Notes under the pieces: model-generated
Told to the model about the DNA's origin: nothing
Seen by the model: the letters and a program-made list of their open reading frames with translations, nothing else
Database searches by the model: none
Shown here: positions 17,675-27,899 of the stretch, one piece after another
Layout of the letters: the number at the start of each line of letters is the position of its first letter
Numbering within the stretch: position 1 is the first letter of the stretch
Made by a program: the position numbers and the translations under genes
IMG/VR virus record: IMGVR_UViG_3300032143_000008
Span: 1-33,592 of that record
Strand: one strand, 5' to 3'
DNA: 33,592 nt
DNA from: a virus
Lineage: Duplodnaviria > Caudoviricetes

Positions 17675-18223
17675 TTACCACCACAAATTTCTGTAATAAA
17701 TTTTAAAAAGATTAAGTCCTTCAGTTACTTCTTTTTGAACTAGACGTTGACGTTTTTTATATTCGGCATATCTTACTTTATCTGTCAAATCTGTCTCGTT
17801 ATAACTATCATACATCCAATCTTCTTTTAATAACCATTCAAAACCTTTAATCATTTTATCTAATATATCATCCCATTCTTTCTCTGCTTTCTTATCTGCA
17901 TCTTCAGATCGCTGATCTATATTAAAAGAAGGAAGATTACAAGGTACTCCAATTGTAATTTCCTTAAATCTTTTAAGTCTAGGCACAATAAATTTAGCAA
18001 TTTCATAATCTAGATTCCATGTTTGGGAATCATCCCAGCCTCTAGTTATTCTTTGATATAAGAATTTGATTCTTCTTATATTTAATTTAGGACTAAATAT
18101 AATGTTGATTGGATAAATCCATATATTATCATCTATGAATTCCCAAATCTTTTGATACCATTTCAATTTTGGTTCTTTTTTATCCATAGCTTTAAATATA
18201 ATATATTGTTTTTGAATTGTCAA
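17675..18223 (-). CDS. hypothetical phage protein
   Basis: ORF track; GWDDSQTWNLD..IA.FIVPRLKRFK and EWDDILDKMI patterns; start uncertain. Confidence 0.7.
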   Translation of the reverse strand: MTIQKQYIIFKAMDKKEPKLKWYQKIWEFIDDNIWIYPINIIFSPKLNIRRIKFLYQRITRGWDDSQTWNLDYEIAKFIVPRLKRFKEITIGVPCNLPSFNIDQRSEDADKKAEKEWDDILDKMIKGFEWLLKEDWMYDSYNETDLTDKVRYAEYKKRQRLVQKEVTEGLNLFKIYYRNLWW

Positions 18224-18224
18224 A

Positions 18225-19166
18225 TTATTGTTTCAGCTTCTCTTTTGAATTTGGATTCTTATGACCTTTCCACCAATCCTTATTGACGTTCACATAATTC
18301 TTATCAAAGACTTTCTTATCATATTTTCCCGGCGTACCTATATCTATTGTACTTACATCAAAGGTTTCTTCTTTGACTATAGGTTTTCTATACATTGTAT
18401 ATGATAATCTAAAATCTTTATGTCTTCCTTTATTTAATACAAATCCAAATCTTTTATAAAAATCTATCAATCTATTTTTTGAAGTTGCTCCAAAATCTGT
18501 CGATGGTGAAAGTGCTATAGTTAATTGATTATCATCTGCAAATTTAAATATTGCTTCCATTATCTTTGTTCCTTCTCCTTGTTTCCTCATATCTTTAGGA
18601 ACAAATATTCTACTAATAGCAATATAATCTCCAAACTTATGATAAGACATGCTTACCTCTATACCATTCTTCTCAAGCTTAGATGTTAAAGAATCTAATT
18701 TTGTTTCTATAGATTCTTCTTCATTTATATTAAGATTATATTTATCAAACGTTCCATTGTTATTTGTAGATTTAATTTGGTCTGGTTCTAAAATAAATCC
18801 ATCAAATGATCCATCTTTATTTTTAAGTATCGCTCCATCAAATCCTAATCCTTGAAGTTCTCCTATACTATAATTCTCATATTCTTTCCATCCTGCCGGT
18901 TTAATAATTCTAGCATATAAACTCATTATTACTTTTACGCTTTGTGCTCCAGATTTTCCATCCTCAATAGATTTTTTATTTGATGAAAACCAAAATATTC
19001 CCTGTGCTCCTTTCTTCATATTAATCTTAGAAAATCTTTTATTAGTTCCATGATATACAATTATAGGTTCACCAGAACTATCCACAACCTTACTATCTCC
19101 AAACCATTTTTTAAATTCAGGAGTTTTAGTTTGATCTTCATTTAAATAATGTTCTAAAAATTTCAT
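18225..19166 (-). CDS. ART-PolyVal-like ADP-ribosyltransferase domain fused to GNAT-like acetyltransferase
   Basis: TPEFKKWFGDSKVVD..GEP..VYHGT...QIKS..NNGTFD; second domain IFVPKDMRKQGEGT...FYKRFGF. Confidence 0.75.
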   Translation of the reverse strand: MKFLEHYLNEDQTKTPEFKKWFGDSKVVDSSGEPIIVYHGTNKRFSKINMKKGAQGIFWFSSNKKSIEDGKSGAQSVKVIMSLYARIIKPAGWKEYENYSIGELQGLGFDGAILKNKDGSFDGFILEPDQIKSTNNNGTFDKYNLNINEEESIETKLDSLTSKLEKNGIEVSMSYHKFGDYIAISRIFVPKDMRKQGEGTKIMEAIFKFADDNQLTIALSPSTDFGATSKNRLIDFYKRFGFVLNKGRHKDFRLSYTMYRKPIVKEETFDVSTIDIGTPGKYDKKVFDKNYVNVNKDWWKGHKNPNSKEKLKQ

Positions 19167-19168
19167 TA

Positions 19169-20728
19169 TTACTTATTCCATTGTTTAAATTTAGTTGCTG
19201 GGAATTTTCCAACGGATACTTTTTTAATTTTTTTTGGATTTGACATATTATATTCAATATTTTTTATTGCTTTTTCAACCGACTTAATTGCTTTTCGATA
19301 AAGGTCTTCTGTTGCTGCAATTCCTTCTTTCTTTGCTCTTTCTAATTCAGATTTTAATTTACCAAAAAATGCATCCATAGAAGCTTTATCAGCCAACATT
19401 TGATCTGTATGTGAAGGTTTTTCATTAATTTCTCCAACATTAATAATTGGATTAATTAATTCAACATAATTATAAATTGAATTTAATAAATCGATTTTCA
19501 TTTCTTCATCTGATATTAAACTATCCCAAAATTCTTTTTTATTAGAAACAATCTTTAAAAGAATAGATAAATCTAAATTTTGTTCAGGCGAAATAATAGA
19601 AACAATTTCTTTCATTTTTTGTTCTTTATCTTTATTACTTTTAATAATTTCTGTTATTTTGGGATTTTTAATAAAAGAATTTTTTAACTTTTTTTTGGCA
19701 GATTCATATTTTGATCCTATTCCATGAATTGCCAAATAAATATATTGCTTTCTTTTAACTTTACATTTATCACATATTGCACAAGAACCTAAACATTCTG
19801 TAATCTTATTTTTAGAAATTGGTACTTCTCCTCTATAAGCTTTAGTTCTTTCATTTTTCAATTTTTTAATAATTTCACTATACTCTTGATATTCTAATGG
19901 CATAAAAGCATTGTCTATCATAAAATCAGAACCATTTACGATCACATTATCTCCCATATTAGAATCTTCTCCATCTTTAAACAAATCTATTCTATGAGTA
20001 TAAGTATAAAAAATTAATGGTGAATTTTTACTTTTAGTATATTCTGCTACTTTTTTTAATTTTTCCATATCATCTGGTCCTCTAAATTCACCGGCTTCAT
20101 TTACTCTAACAAATTTAATCGATTTATCATGATTTGAAATAGCTATTAAAGCTTCTCCAAGTGCGGTTGGTGTCATACATTCCCATTGTTTAGCTTGTCT
20201 TTGTCTATATTGTCTAACCAAGTCATATCTTCTTTCTGGATTCATTGCATAACATATTCCTTTCGATCCCATTGGACAAAATCCCAATTTTAAACTCATA
20301 CAATCTGTCGCAGTAGACATATTAATAATAATAGTATCTGAACCAACTTTAACATTTCCTATACTATATTCAAAATCAAATTCATTTCCTTCATCATCAA
20401 CCCATTTAATACCCGATTTAACTATGTTAAGTTTGTCTTCTTTATCATCTTCTTGCATTTTATTATTTTCCTTCAAAAAATTTTTATGATATTTTATCGC
20501 TTCTTCTAAATTTTTAAAAATTTCATTACCTTTTTTTAAAATAATAATACCCTGTTCAACCAAATAAGGAAACATTTTACGAGGAATCGACATTTCTAAT
20601 GTTTTTGTTTCTTCATTAATTTCAATACAATCAAAATATAATGGAATTGTTTTAGTATCTTTCTTTTCTATCTTATATGGAAGTGTTCTAGTATTATCAT
20701 TACTTTCATAAAAATTTAAAAATCTCAT
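19169..20728 (-). CDS. Cys-rich protein with Gp88-like domain
   Basis: ATDC...CPM...CYA, RVNEAGEF, FYTYTHR, CLGSCAICDKC. Confidence 0.55.
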   Translation of the reverse strand: MRFLNFYESNDNTRTLPYKIEKKDTKTIPLYFDCIEINEETKTLEMSIPRKMFPYLVEQGIIILKKGNEIFKNLEEAIKYHKNFLKENNKMQEDDKEDKLNIVKSGIKWVDDEGNEFDFEYSIGNVKVGSDTIIINMSTATDCMSLKLGFCPMGSKGICYAMNPERRYDLVRQYRQRQAKQWECMTPTALGEALIAISNHDKSIKFVRVNEAGEFRGPDDMEKLKKVAEYTKSKNSPLIFYTYTHRIDLFKDGEDSNMGDNVIVNGSDFMIDNAFMPLEYQEYSEIIKKLKNERTKAYRGEVPISKNKITECLGSCAICDKCKVKRKQYIYLAIHGIGSKYESAKKKLKNSFIKNPKITEIIKSNKDKEQKMKEIVSIISPEQNLDLSILLKIVSNKKEFWDSLISDEEMKIDLLNSIYNYVELINPIINVGEINEKPSHTDQMLADKASMDAFFGKLKSELERAKKEGIAATEDLYRKAIKSVEKAIKNIEYNMSNPKKIKKVSVGKFPATKFKQWNK

Positions 20729-20746
20729 TTCTTTCTCCTTTTTAAA

Positions 20747-21244
20747 TTAAAAAATCTCTCCAGTAGTATTTATAATTGTTTTGGGTTTAATATTAACAAC
20801 CCAAAAATTAACAGGAAGATTATATTTCCATGCTAAGTTCATTCTCTTATTACCAGAGTATCCATAATACAAATCTCCCATTTTAATTAAAATAGGTGCA
20901 GGAAGTTTCATTTTTTTATTCTTTAATAGTTCTTCTTCCATTTGAACAAAACTTTGCTCATATTGAGGATTCATTAACTTTCTTTCAAACTCAGATTGTA
21001 ACAATCCCATATTAGTATAATTATCCGATAACTCCATTCTATTTACTTCTTGAAGCTTTCCTTTTCTTAAAATAGATTGTAATTTCTTCTCACTATCAAA
21101 TTCTATTCCATTCTTTTCAAAATAATCTCTGACTAGATGATTTTCAAAATATTCTTTTGCTTCATCTTTTAAAACTGGTTTTCCCCATCCAATACTAAGA
21201 TCAGATGATTCTAATTCTTCTTTTAAATATTGTATGTAACTCAT
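20747..21244 (-). CDS. ParB/Srx-fold-like small protein
   Basis: LPAPILIK...YYGYSGNKRM resembles the ParB-N core. Confidence 0.45.
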   Translation of the reverse strand: MSYIQYLKEELESSDLSIGWGKPVLKDEAKEYFENHLVRDYFEKNGIEFDSEKKLQSILRKGKLQEVNRMELSDNYTNMGLLQSEFERKLMNPQYEQSFVQMEEELLKNKKMKLPAPILIKMGDLYYGYSGNKRMNLAWKYNLPVNFWVVNIKPKTIINTTGEIF

Positions 21245-22017
21245 GTCTTCTCCTTTTTAATTTTTTCATTATAATTATCTGGAGGCATTAAAATATCATC
21301 TTTATTCCATTGAGGTATATCATTTTTTGAATTTACTTTATCGGCCAATTCAAAAAAATTACTACCATCTGGTTTTAAATATTTTGCATAAAAAGCTTTA
21401 TCAATTCGCCATGCTTCTTTAAATGATAAATTTCCACCATGTCCTATATGCGCTCCTATATCTATTAATCGTAATTTTTGTTCATCTGTCATAAATTTAA
21501 TTAATTTTTTACCAGATGCCGCCCAATCTGCATATTCTCCATCTTTAACATGTCTAATTTGATTAACTGTTAATTTTTGATTAGCTATTCTAGTCAACCA
21601 AAATAAATTATTCTTTTGTTCATATTCTTTATCTTTAAAACAGTTATATAATATTTCACCAATACTATCTTCATCTGGTTGAATATCTTTTAATTCTTTT
21701 CCATCTATACTAAATAAATATCCATATCGTTCATCATATCCATTTTTAACCATATTATACATATCATGTCCAAGCATGGCGGCTCCAAGAGAATATATAA
21801 TTGCATATTTAATATCTGGAGTTATATAAACTTTATTTTCAACTGGTTTTAATTTTCCTTTTCTTAATGTCAAATCTGGAATTTTAATTCCACTCTCATA
21901 TATTCCTTTTGCATTTTTTCCTGTTGAAGTACCATGATAATATATTTTTCCATAATCTATATCTCTAGGAGCAGCCATTTCAGCAAGCTCTTCCTTTAAA
22001 TATTCTAGATAACTCAT
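21241..22017 (-). CDS. putative ADP-ribosyltransferase-fold protein
   Basis: YYHGTS...I...GI, VYITPD..YA, QPDED. Confidence 0.55.
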   Translation of the reverse strand: MSYLEYLKEELAEMAAPRDIDYGKIYYHGTSTGKNAKGIYESGIKIPDLTLRKGKLKPVENKVYITPDIKYAIIYSLGAAMLGHDMYNMVKNGYDERYGYLFSIDGKELKDIQPDEDSIGEILYNCFKDKEYEQKNNLFWLTRIANQKLTVNQIRHVKDGEYADWAASGKKLIKFMTDEQKLRLIDIGAHIGHGGNLSFKEAWRIDKAFYAKYLKPDGSNFFELADKVNSKNDIPQWNKDDILMPPDNYNEKIKKEKT

Positions 22018-22295
22018 TTCACTGCCTCATTCTTATTATCTTTACCTTCTAAATTTTTCTGATATAATTTACCAGAATATGTAATAGCATTGGCCAAAGA
22101 AAAAATAACAATAACTGATTCAGGAAATGTAACCATAGCATGACTTGAAATTGACAGATATGCCCAAACTCCAAATATTAAAAAATTAGAAATGATAACT
22201 GACAATAAAAATGCAAATCTGGTTGAACTTAAATTGTCTCCGGTATCTTTTAAAAGACTCGCTATTCCCCAAAAAATTTTGTTGATAAAATTCAT
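22014..22295 (-). CDS. two-TM membrane protein (holin-like), paralog 1
   Basis: Two hydrophobic stretches, charged C-terminus; SSTRFAFLLSVIISN shared with 22900..23178. Confidence 0.6.
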   Translation of the reverse strand: MNFINKIFWGIASLLKDTGDNLSSTRFAFLLSVIISNFLIFGVWAYLSISSHAMVTFPESVIVIFSLANAITYSGKLYQKNLEGKDNKNEAVK

Positions 22296-22903
22296 TCCGT
22301 CTCCTTCTTTCCTGATAATTGATTTAATGCTCCTCTTCCACCTTGAATAAACATTGATGCTAAATCACTTCTTTGATGAACCACATTTAATACTTGATCT
22401 ATTAAAATAAGTTTTTTCTCATAATCAGTTTCTCCTAATAACTCTCCAGCCAAATCAACCAATTTATCTAAACCATAATCGGACAATCGCCATTGTCCAT
22501 TTTCATCTTGTAAATACTCTCCTAATTTTTCTAATAATTCTTCAGTTGGTTCTATTTCTTCATTGGCATCTTTAATCAAATCTTTTGGATCATCTCGTTT
22601 ATGCCCTAATAAAGCTGTATTAGCATCTAATGTTGCAATTTTATCAACTATGTTATCAACAATTTGATCTATTCCTCTTTCATCTCGTATAATACCTTTA
22701 TTCATGTAATCTTCCCAAATCTTCTTTACTCGATGTAAAGGCATAGGATACCATTTTTGTTTTTCATTTGGTTTAGCGTTTTGCACATCATTTAAAATTT
22801 CTAAAATTTTATTTTGATATTTTTCATAATATTCACCGACAGTATCATCGTTCCATTCTTTTAATGATTTTAATCCTTCGATTAAATATTGTATGTAACT
22901 CAT
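22292..22903 (-). CDS. hypothetical protein with N-terminal tag MSYIQYLIE
   Basis: ORF track, translationally coupled on both sides. Confidence 0.75.
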   Translation of the reverse strand: MSYIQYLIEGLKSLKEWNDDTVGEYYEKYQNKILEILNDVQNAKPNEKQKWYPMPLHRVKKIWEDYMNKGIIRDERGIDQIVDNIVDKIATLDANTALLGHKRDDPKDLIKDANEEIEPTEELLEKLGEYLQDENGQWRLSDYGLDKLVDLAGELLGETDYEKKLILIDQVLNVVHQRSDLASMFIQGGRGALNQLSGKKETE

Positions 22904-23178
22904 AACTTCTCCTTTTTAGTTTCTATATTCTTTTGCCAAATTTTTCCAGTAGTAGCAATGCCATTTGCTAAACAATACAAAATCAAAACTGATTCAGGTA
23001 TTATAATCATTTGTAATGACATAATTGATAACGTTGCCCATATTCCAAATATAACAAGGTTAGAAAATATAACAGATAATAAAAAAGCAAATCGAATCGA
23101 AGACCAACGCTCCGATCCATTCTTTAATAATCCTGACATGTTATACCATAATTTATCAAAAAATTCTCTAATCTTCAT
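22900..23178 (-). CDS. two-TM membrane protein (holin-like), paralog 2
   Basis: SSIRFAFLLSVIFSN...PESV..Y.LAN...GK..QKN.E, clearly paralogous to 22014..22295. Confidence 0.6.
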   Translation of the reverse strand: MKIREFFDKLWYNMSGLLKNGSERWSSIRFAFLLSVIFSNLVIFGIWATLSIMSLQMIIIPESVLILYCLANGIATTGKIWQKNIETKKEKL

Positions 23179-23474
23179 ATTCTTTCCTCACTATATTGTA
23201 TTTGATTGCTTTCATCTATATATTCTAATATCCTGTGACTATTACTGCACAATCTCCAACCATTAATTATAATTGATTGTTTAGATTTAATGCTATGATT
23301 TCCAGTTTTACTTTCTATTATATATACTTTATTATGACAATTTGCACAAAGATAAACTAAATTGTGCTTCTTATTAGAACCATTTAATTCTTTTGGTAAT
23401 ATATGATGTTTGTGAATCTTAGATCGTTCTTCTGTAATAAATTCACACAATTGACATTTATACAAATTAATCAT
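23175..23474 (-). CDS. small HNH endonuclease
   Basis: CQLC, HHILPKELNGSN...NLVYLCANCH. Confidence 0.8.
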   Translation of the reverse strand: MINLYKCQLCEFITEERSKIHKHHILPKELNGSNKKHNLVYLCANCHNKVYIIESKTGNHSIKSKQSIIINGWRLCSNSHRILEYIDESNQIQYSEERI

Positions 23475-23510
23475 AATATCTATTTCTCCTATTAATATTT
23501 ATAGATTTTA

Positions 23511-23610
23511 TATAAATACTTATAAGATTTTGAAGGACAGCGTAGGCATACGTTTCTTGCCAGTACAAGATTACTTCAAATCTCTTACTTTAACCTTACT
23601 GGAGGTATCT
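23511..23610 (+). ncRNA. TATAAATA promoter plus three-way-junction leader RNA, copy C
   Basis: P1 23525-35/23574-83; GACAG 23536-40; CGTA-GGCA-TACG; TT; TCTTG-CCAGTA-CAAGA; TTA; loop CCAGTA is complementary to TACTGG 23597-602 overlapping the GGAGGT RBS. Confidence 0.75.
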
Positions 23611-24531
23611 ATGAAAAAATTAACTACAGAAGAATTTATTAAAAAAGCTCAACAAATACATGGTGATAAATATGATTATTCAAAAGTTAATTATCTTAAT
23701 AGTCATATTAAAGCTTGTATAATATGTTTAGAACATGGAGAATTTTGGCAACTCCCAAATTGTCATTTAAATTATAAAGGGTGTCCTATGTGTGGAAGAG
23801 AACATAAAAACGAATGGAGAAAACTAACTACTGAAAAATTCATTCAAAAAGCTAAACAAGTTCATGGTGATAAATATGATTATTCTCAAGTGCAATATAT
23901 TAATTCTGCTCAAAAGATTTGTATCAAATGTCCTGAACATGGTGAATTTTTTCAACTTTCCAATAATCATTTTAAAAACGGATGTCCTAAATGTGGTGGA
24001 AGTAAAGCTTTAAATAAAGAAGAATTTATTGAAAGAGCGATTAGAATACATGGTAAAATATATGATTATAGTAAATCAGAATATAAAAATAATAAAACTA
24101 AAATTTGCATCATATGCCCCAAACACGGAGAATTTTGGCAAAAACCTATTATTCATTTATATGAAAAATCTGGATGTACTAAATGTCGAAGATCAAAAGG
24201 TGAAGAGACAATCGAACAGTGGTTAATAAATCATAATATTCAATTTGAAACTCAAAAAAAATTTAAAGACTGTAAAAATAAATTACCATTACCATTTGAT
24301 TTTTATTTATTAAATTATAATATTTGTATTGAATATGATGGCATACAACACTTTAAATCCAAAAAATTTTATGGAGGAATTGATGCTTTATTTATACGCC
24401 AAAAAAATGATAAAATAAAAGATCAATATTGTATTGATAATAATATTGATCTTTTAAGAATTCCTTATACTGAATTTAAAAATATTAATAATATATTAAA
24501 TTCTTATTTTAATATAAAAGAGGTATTCTAA
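23611..24531 (+). CDS. DUF723-like Zn-repeat plus PD-(D/E)xK endonuclease
   Basis: Likely true start ATG 23611 (MKKLTTEEF) after GGAGGT; three repeats; PFDFYL, CIEYDGIQHF. Confidence 0.8.
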   Translation: MKKLTTEEFIKKAQQIHGDKYDYSKVNYLNSHIKACIICLEHGEFWQLPNCHLNYKGCPMCGREHKNEWRKLTTEKFIQKAKQVHGDKYDYSQVQYINSAQKICIKCPEHGEFFQLSNNHFKNGCPKCGGSKALNKEEFIERAIRIHGKIYDYSKSEYKNNKTKICIICPKHGEFWQKPIIHLYEKSGCTKCRRSKGEETIEQWLINHNIQFETQKKFKDCKNKLPLPFDFYLLNYNICIEYDGIQHFKSKKFYGGIDALFIRQKNDKIKDQYCIDNNIDLLRIPYTEFKNINNILNSYFNIKEVF

Positions 24532-25102
24532 CTGGTTGTCCTTTATTAGCAGGACAAAACATAATTTCTCTAACTTGAAATTTAAGACCTTTAAAAGTCT
24601 CTAAATCAATTTTAGATTCTAACTCTTTTCTTGCACTTTTACGAATATACCCTATAGTTATGTGTGGATTATATTCGGGCCACTTAGTTGTATAATGAAC
24701 ATTTGATCTAAAATATTCGTTTATTTTACACACAATGTCTGTGGCATCATCTAGAAAAAATGATCCAAAAGATTTTAAATCAATTTTCATTACATCATAA
24801 TCTTTTTCACCTTCAAAAAAACTAATATTACCCAATTCTATTTCAAACGGTTTTATTTTAACAGCTAAATTTCTTATTTCATCGGGTTCTGTTGAGTGTA
24901 TCCCATATAATAAAGTACAATGACTTTGGTTTTCTAGTCCCAATGAAGGATCATCTTTACTAGTATATATTGCATTTTTAGGAAGTCGTTCTCCAAATTC
25001 TTTGATAGCTGTTGCTACATCTTCTTCAACATTAAATTGTACTGAAGAATATTGATATTCACCATTTGAATTTTCTTTAAAATAAAATTTTTTGAAACCC
25101 AT
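24509..25102 (-). CDS. 2H phosphoesterase (LigT / T4 gp57B-Acb1-like fold)
   Basis: Two HxT motifs: SHCTLLYG and PHITIGY. Confidence 0.8.
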   Translation of the reverse strand: MGFKKFYFKENSNGEYQYSSVQFNVEEDVATAIKEFGERLPKNAIYTSKDDPSLGLENQSHCTLLYGIHSTEPDEIRNLAVKIKPFEIELGNISFFEGEKDYDVMKIDLKSFGSFFLDDATDIVCKINEYFRSNVHYTTKWPEYNPHITIGYIRKSARKELESKIDLETFKGLKFQVREIMFCPANKGQPVRIPLLY

Positions 25103-25152
25103 TTATATCTCCTATTTTAACTTATATTGTTTCCTATTAGTATTTATATTAT

Positions 25153-25356
25153 TTAAATAGAAAAGATTTCGATTTCTCCTAGATATCCATTTTCACCTTC
25201 ATAATCTATTTCATCGATATCCCCTAATCTCTTTTGAATAAATTCTTGTTCTATTTCTCTTTGTTTATCTTCTGTAAGGTCTTCCCATTTAATTTGAACA
25301 GTCATAGACCTATTACCTTCTTTAAGATATTTGTTTGCCATCTCATTTATATTCAT
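25153..25356 (-). CDS. small acidic hypothetical protein
   Basis: ORF track, AAGGA RBS, KYLKE near the N-terminus. Confidence 0.6.
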   Translation of the reverse strand: MNINEMANKYLKEGNRSMTVQIKWEDLTEDKQREIEQEFIQKRLGDIDEIDYEGENGYLGEIEIFSI

Positions 25357-25423
25357 ACTTATTCCTTATTTAAATGTCATGATAAAATCTTTAATATTTA
25401 TATTAGTATTTATACTAAATTAA

Positions 25424-25514
25424 TATAAATACTAATATAAGGTTAGGTTTAATACTAGTAATATTAAACCAATCCACAGGAGTTCTTGTGGACTGTCCCT
25501 TAACTTTATTTATA
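25424..25514 (-). ncRNA. three-way-junction RNA copy D, inverted, between convergent TATAAATA motifs
   Basis: Minus strand: TATAAATA (25514-07), TAAGG GACAG TCCACA-AGAACTCC-TGTGGA TT GGTTTAATA-TTACTAG-TATTAAACC TAA CCTTA; AGAACTCCT is antisense to the gene's AGGAGTTCT RBS (25514-22); plus-strand TATAAATA at 25424-31. Confidence 0.7.
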
Positions 25515-25525
25515 GGAGTTCTAAT

Positions 25526-26434
25526 ATGCCTAAAAAATTAACTACGGAAGAATTTATTCAAAGAGCTAAACAAGTACACGGTGATAAATATGATTATTCT
25601 AAATCAATATATATTGACAGTTATACTAAACTAAAAATAATTTGTTCTAAACATGGTATATTTGAACAAAAACCATACATTCATTTACAAGGTTATAATT
25701 GTTATCATTGTGGTCTTATAGATCGTGATAATAAACATAGAAAAAATATTGAAACTTTTATTATCGAATCTCATAAAATTCATAATAATAAATATGATTA
25801 TTCTATGGTACAATACAAAAATAACATAACAAAAATAAAAATAATTTGTTCTAAACATGGAGTATTTGAACAAACTCCTAATTCTCATATTAGTCAAAAA
25901 TGTGGTTGTCCAAAATGTGCCAACGTATCAATTCCATCAACTCAATATTTTATTGAAAAATCTATAGAAATTCACGGAAATAAATATGATTATTCTAAAA
26001 GTAATTATATTAATAGCAGAACTAAAATATGTATAATCTGTAAAAAACATGGAAAGTTCTGTCAAATTGCAAGTACACATTTAAGAGGATGTGGATGTCC
26101 CAAATGTCAAAGATCAAAAGGAGAAGAACAAATTGCAAACTGGTTAAAAGAACATAACATAAACTATAAATGTCAATTTAAATTTAAAAACTGTAAAAAT
26201 AAAAATTTATTATCATTTGATTTCTTTTTACCAGAAATGAATATTTGTATTGAATTTGATGGTAAACAACATTTTCAACCGATTTCAGAATTTGGTGGAT
26301 TAATTAAATTTAATAAACAAAAAATAAATGATAATATTAAAAATCAATATTGTTATATCCATAATATAAAATTAATTAGAATTCCTTATTACGATTATAA
26401 CAATATTGATATTATATTATCACTTCATACCTAA
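25526..26434 (+). CDS. DUF723-like Zn-repeat plus PD-(D/E)xK endonuclease
   Basis: Three repeats; SKGEEQI, FDFFLP, CIEFDGKQHF. Confidence 0.8.
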   Translation: MPKKLTTEEFIQRAKQVHGDKYDYSKSIYIDSYTKLKIICSKHGIFEQKPYIHLQGYNCYHCGLIDRDNKHRKNIETFIIESHKIHNNKYDYSMVQYKNNITKIKIICSKHGVFEQTPNSHISQKCGCPKCANVSIPSTQYFIEKSIEIHGNKYDYSKSNYINSRTKICIICKKHGKFCQIASTHLRGCGCPKCQRSKGEEQIANWLKEHNINYKCQFKFKNCKNKNLLSFDFFLPEMNICIEFDGKQHFQPISEFGGLIKFNKQKINDNIKNQYCYIHNIKLIRIPYYDYNNIDIILSLHT

Positions 26435-27874
26435 GATAAAATTTTTAATTTTATCAATATCATTTACATTTATATTTTTATCAAGAATCCAATCCATAGT
26501 TTTTTTAATAATTTCTCCTATTTTTTTTCCTTCTGTTTTAGGATTGATTTTTAACAAATCAATAATAAATTTACCATTAATAATCTTTCGAATATTTTCT
26601 ACTGAATTACTACCACTATATTTACTTTTAAGTTTTTCAATCTTTTGAATAATTTTATTCCATTCTTCTTCGTCAAAAAGTTGACCCCTGGCTCTGCTAT
26701 CAGCTTCGGCTACACTTAATAATAAATCAAAATATGGACTATTCATCATTTTCAAAGCAGTAGAATCTTTTAACTTTAAAAATTGAGGCATTTTCATATG
26801 ATTAGCAGCAGCAAATTGTAAAGCTTCTCTAGTATCATTATCTAATTTAAGACGATTAGCTATTTCATCAATCATTTCAAATGCTTTAGCCTCGTGTCCA
26901 TAATAATGATGTTTATTATCATCTCCAACAGAATGTGTTTTTAACTTCCCAATATCATGCAAAAGAACCGCTAATGTAACTAATGGGTCTTTAATTTTAA
27001 CTGTCTTAATAGCCTCAATCACATGACCAAGTACAGTTCCTTTTAATTTACCTTCACCCTCGGGATGGTCTTCGAGACTATGTAATTTATCTGCTAATCC
27101 AACAATTTCAGGAAGAATATATTGCATCAATCCGGTATTAATTAACAATTGAATAGATTTTGCAAAGGTTTCTCCTTCAGCATCAGCCATTTTAAAAAGT
27201 TCTTGAGAAATTCTTTCAGCAGCAACTTTCTTTATTTCTGGCGCATGTTGTTTAATTGCTTCCATAGTCTTATCGTCTATACGAAAACCTAACTTGGAAG
27301 AAAATCTCACTCCACGCATTAATCTTACAGGATCTTCAATGATTCTAGTCTTAGGATCTCCAACAAAAGAAATAATTTTATTTTTAATATCACTTAATCC
27401 ATTTACATGATCTATAACATTTCCATCTTTGTCAATGCCAAGTGCATTTAATTTGTAGTCACGCCTTTCTGCATCGTCTTTAAATGAACTAGTTATTTCA
27501 ACTTTATCTGCTCCTTTACCTCCACCTAATTTATCATAAATATCTTTTCTATAAGTTGCAATTTCTATATTTTGACCTTTATAGGGTACTACAGTCACGC
27601 CCATCAATTTATTTTTACCTATATCTATGGAGGTTCCAAATATTTTTTCTATCTGTTCTGTATTAGCATTTGAAACTAAATCTATATCATGAGGATCTTT
27701 GCCCAACAATAAATCTCTAGTTGCTCCTCCGACTATCAAACATTCAAATCCGTGCGAATGAATTTTAGTCATTACTTCAACTGCATTTTTTAAATCTGAA
27801 TACTTATCTTTAAGGTCTTCCCATTGATCAAATTTTTCTTCTGTTAAATAGGTATAATATTCTTTAAATTTCAT
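26420..27874 (-). CDS. cca: CCA-adding tRNA nucleotidyltransferase with HD domain
   Basis: VGGATRDLLLG..PHDIDL, EIATYR, DAERRD..LNAL, EDPVRLMRGVRF, ERI..EL, HPEG, LLHDIGK, GHE. Confidence 0.88.
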   Translation of the reverse strand: MKFKEYYTYLTEEKFDQWEDLKDKYSDLKNAVEVMTKIHSHGFECLIVGGATRDLLLGKDPHDIDLVSNANTEQIEKIFGTSIDIGKNKLMGVTVVPYKGQNIEIATYRKDIYDKLGGGKGADKVEITSSFKDDAERRDYKLNALGIDKDGNVIDHVNGLSDIKNKIISFVGDPKTRIIEDPVRLMRGVRFSSKLGFRIDDKTMEAIKQHAPEIKKVAAERISQELFKMADAEGETFAKSIQLLINTGLMQYILPEIVGLADKLHSLEDHPEGEGKLKGTVLGHVIEAIKTVKIKDPLVTLAVLLHDIGKLKTHSVGDDNKHHYYGHEAKAFEMIDEIANRLKLDNDTREALQFAAANHMKMPQFLKLKDSTALKMMNSPYFDLLLSVAEADSRARGQLFDEEEWNKIIQKIEKLKSKYSGSNSVENIRKIINGKFIIDLLKINPKTEGKKIGEIIKKTMDWILDKNINVNDIDKIKNFILGMK

Positions 27875-27899
27875 TTGGTATCCTTTATAAATTTATCCT

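Noticed and set aside
23530-23610. 27-codon N-terminal extension of the third endonuclease in the ORF track
   Set aside because: It covers the structured RNA leader; the RBS and paralog alignment place the start at 23611.
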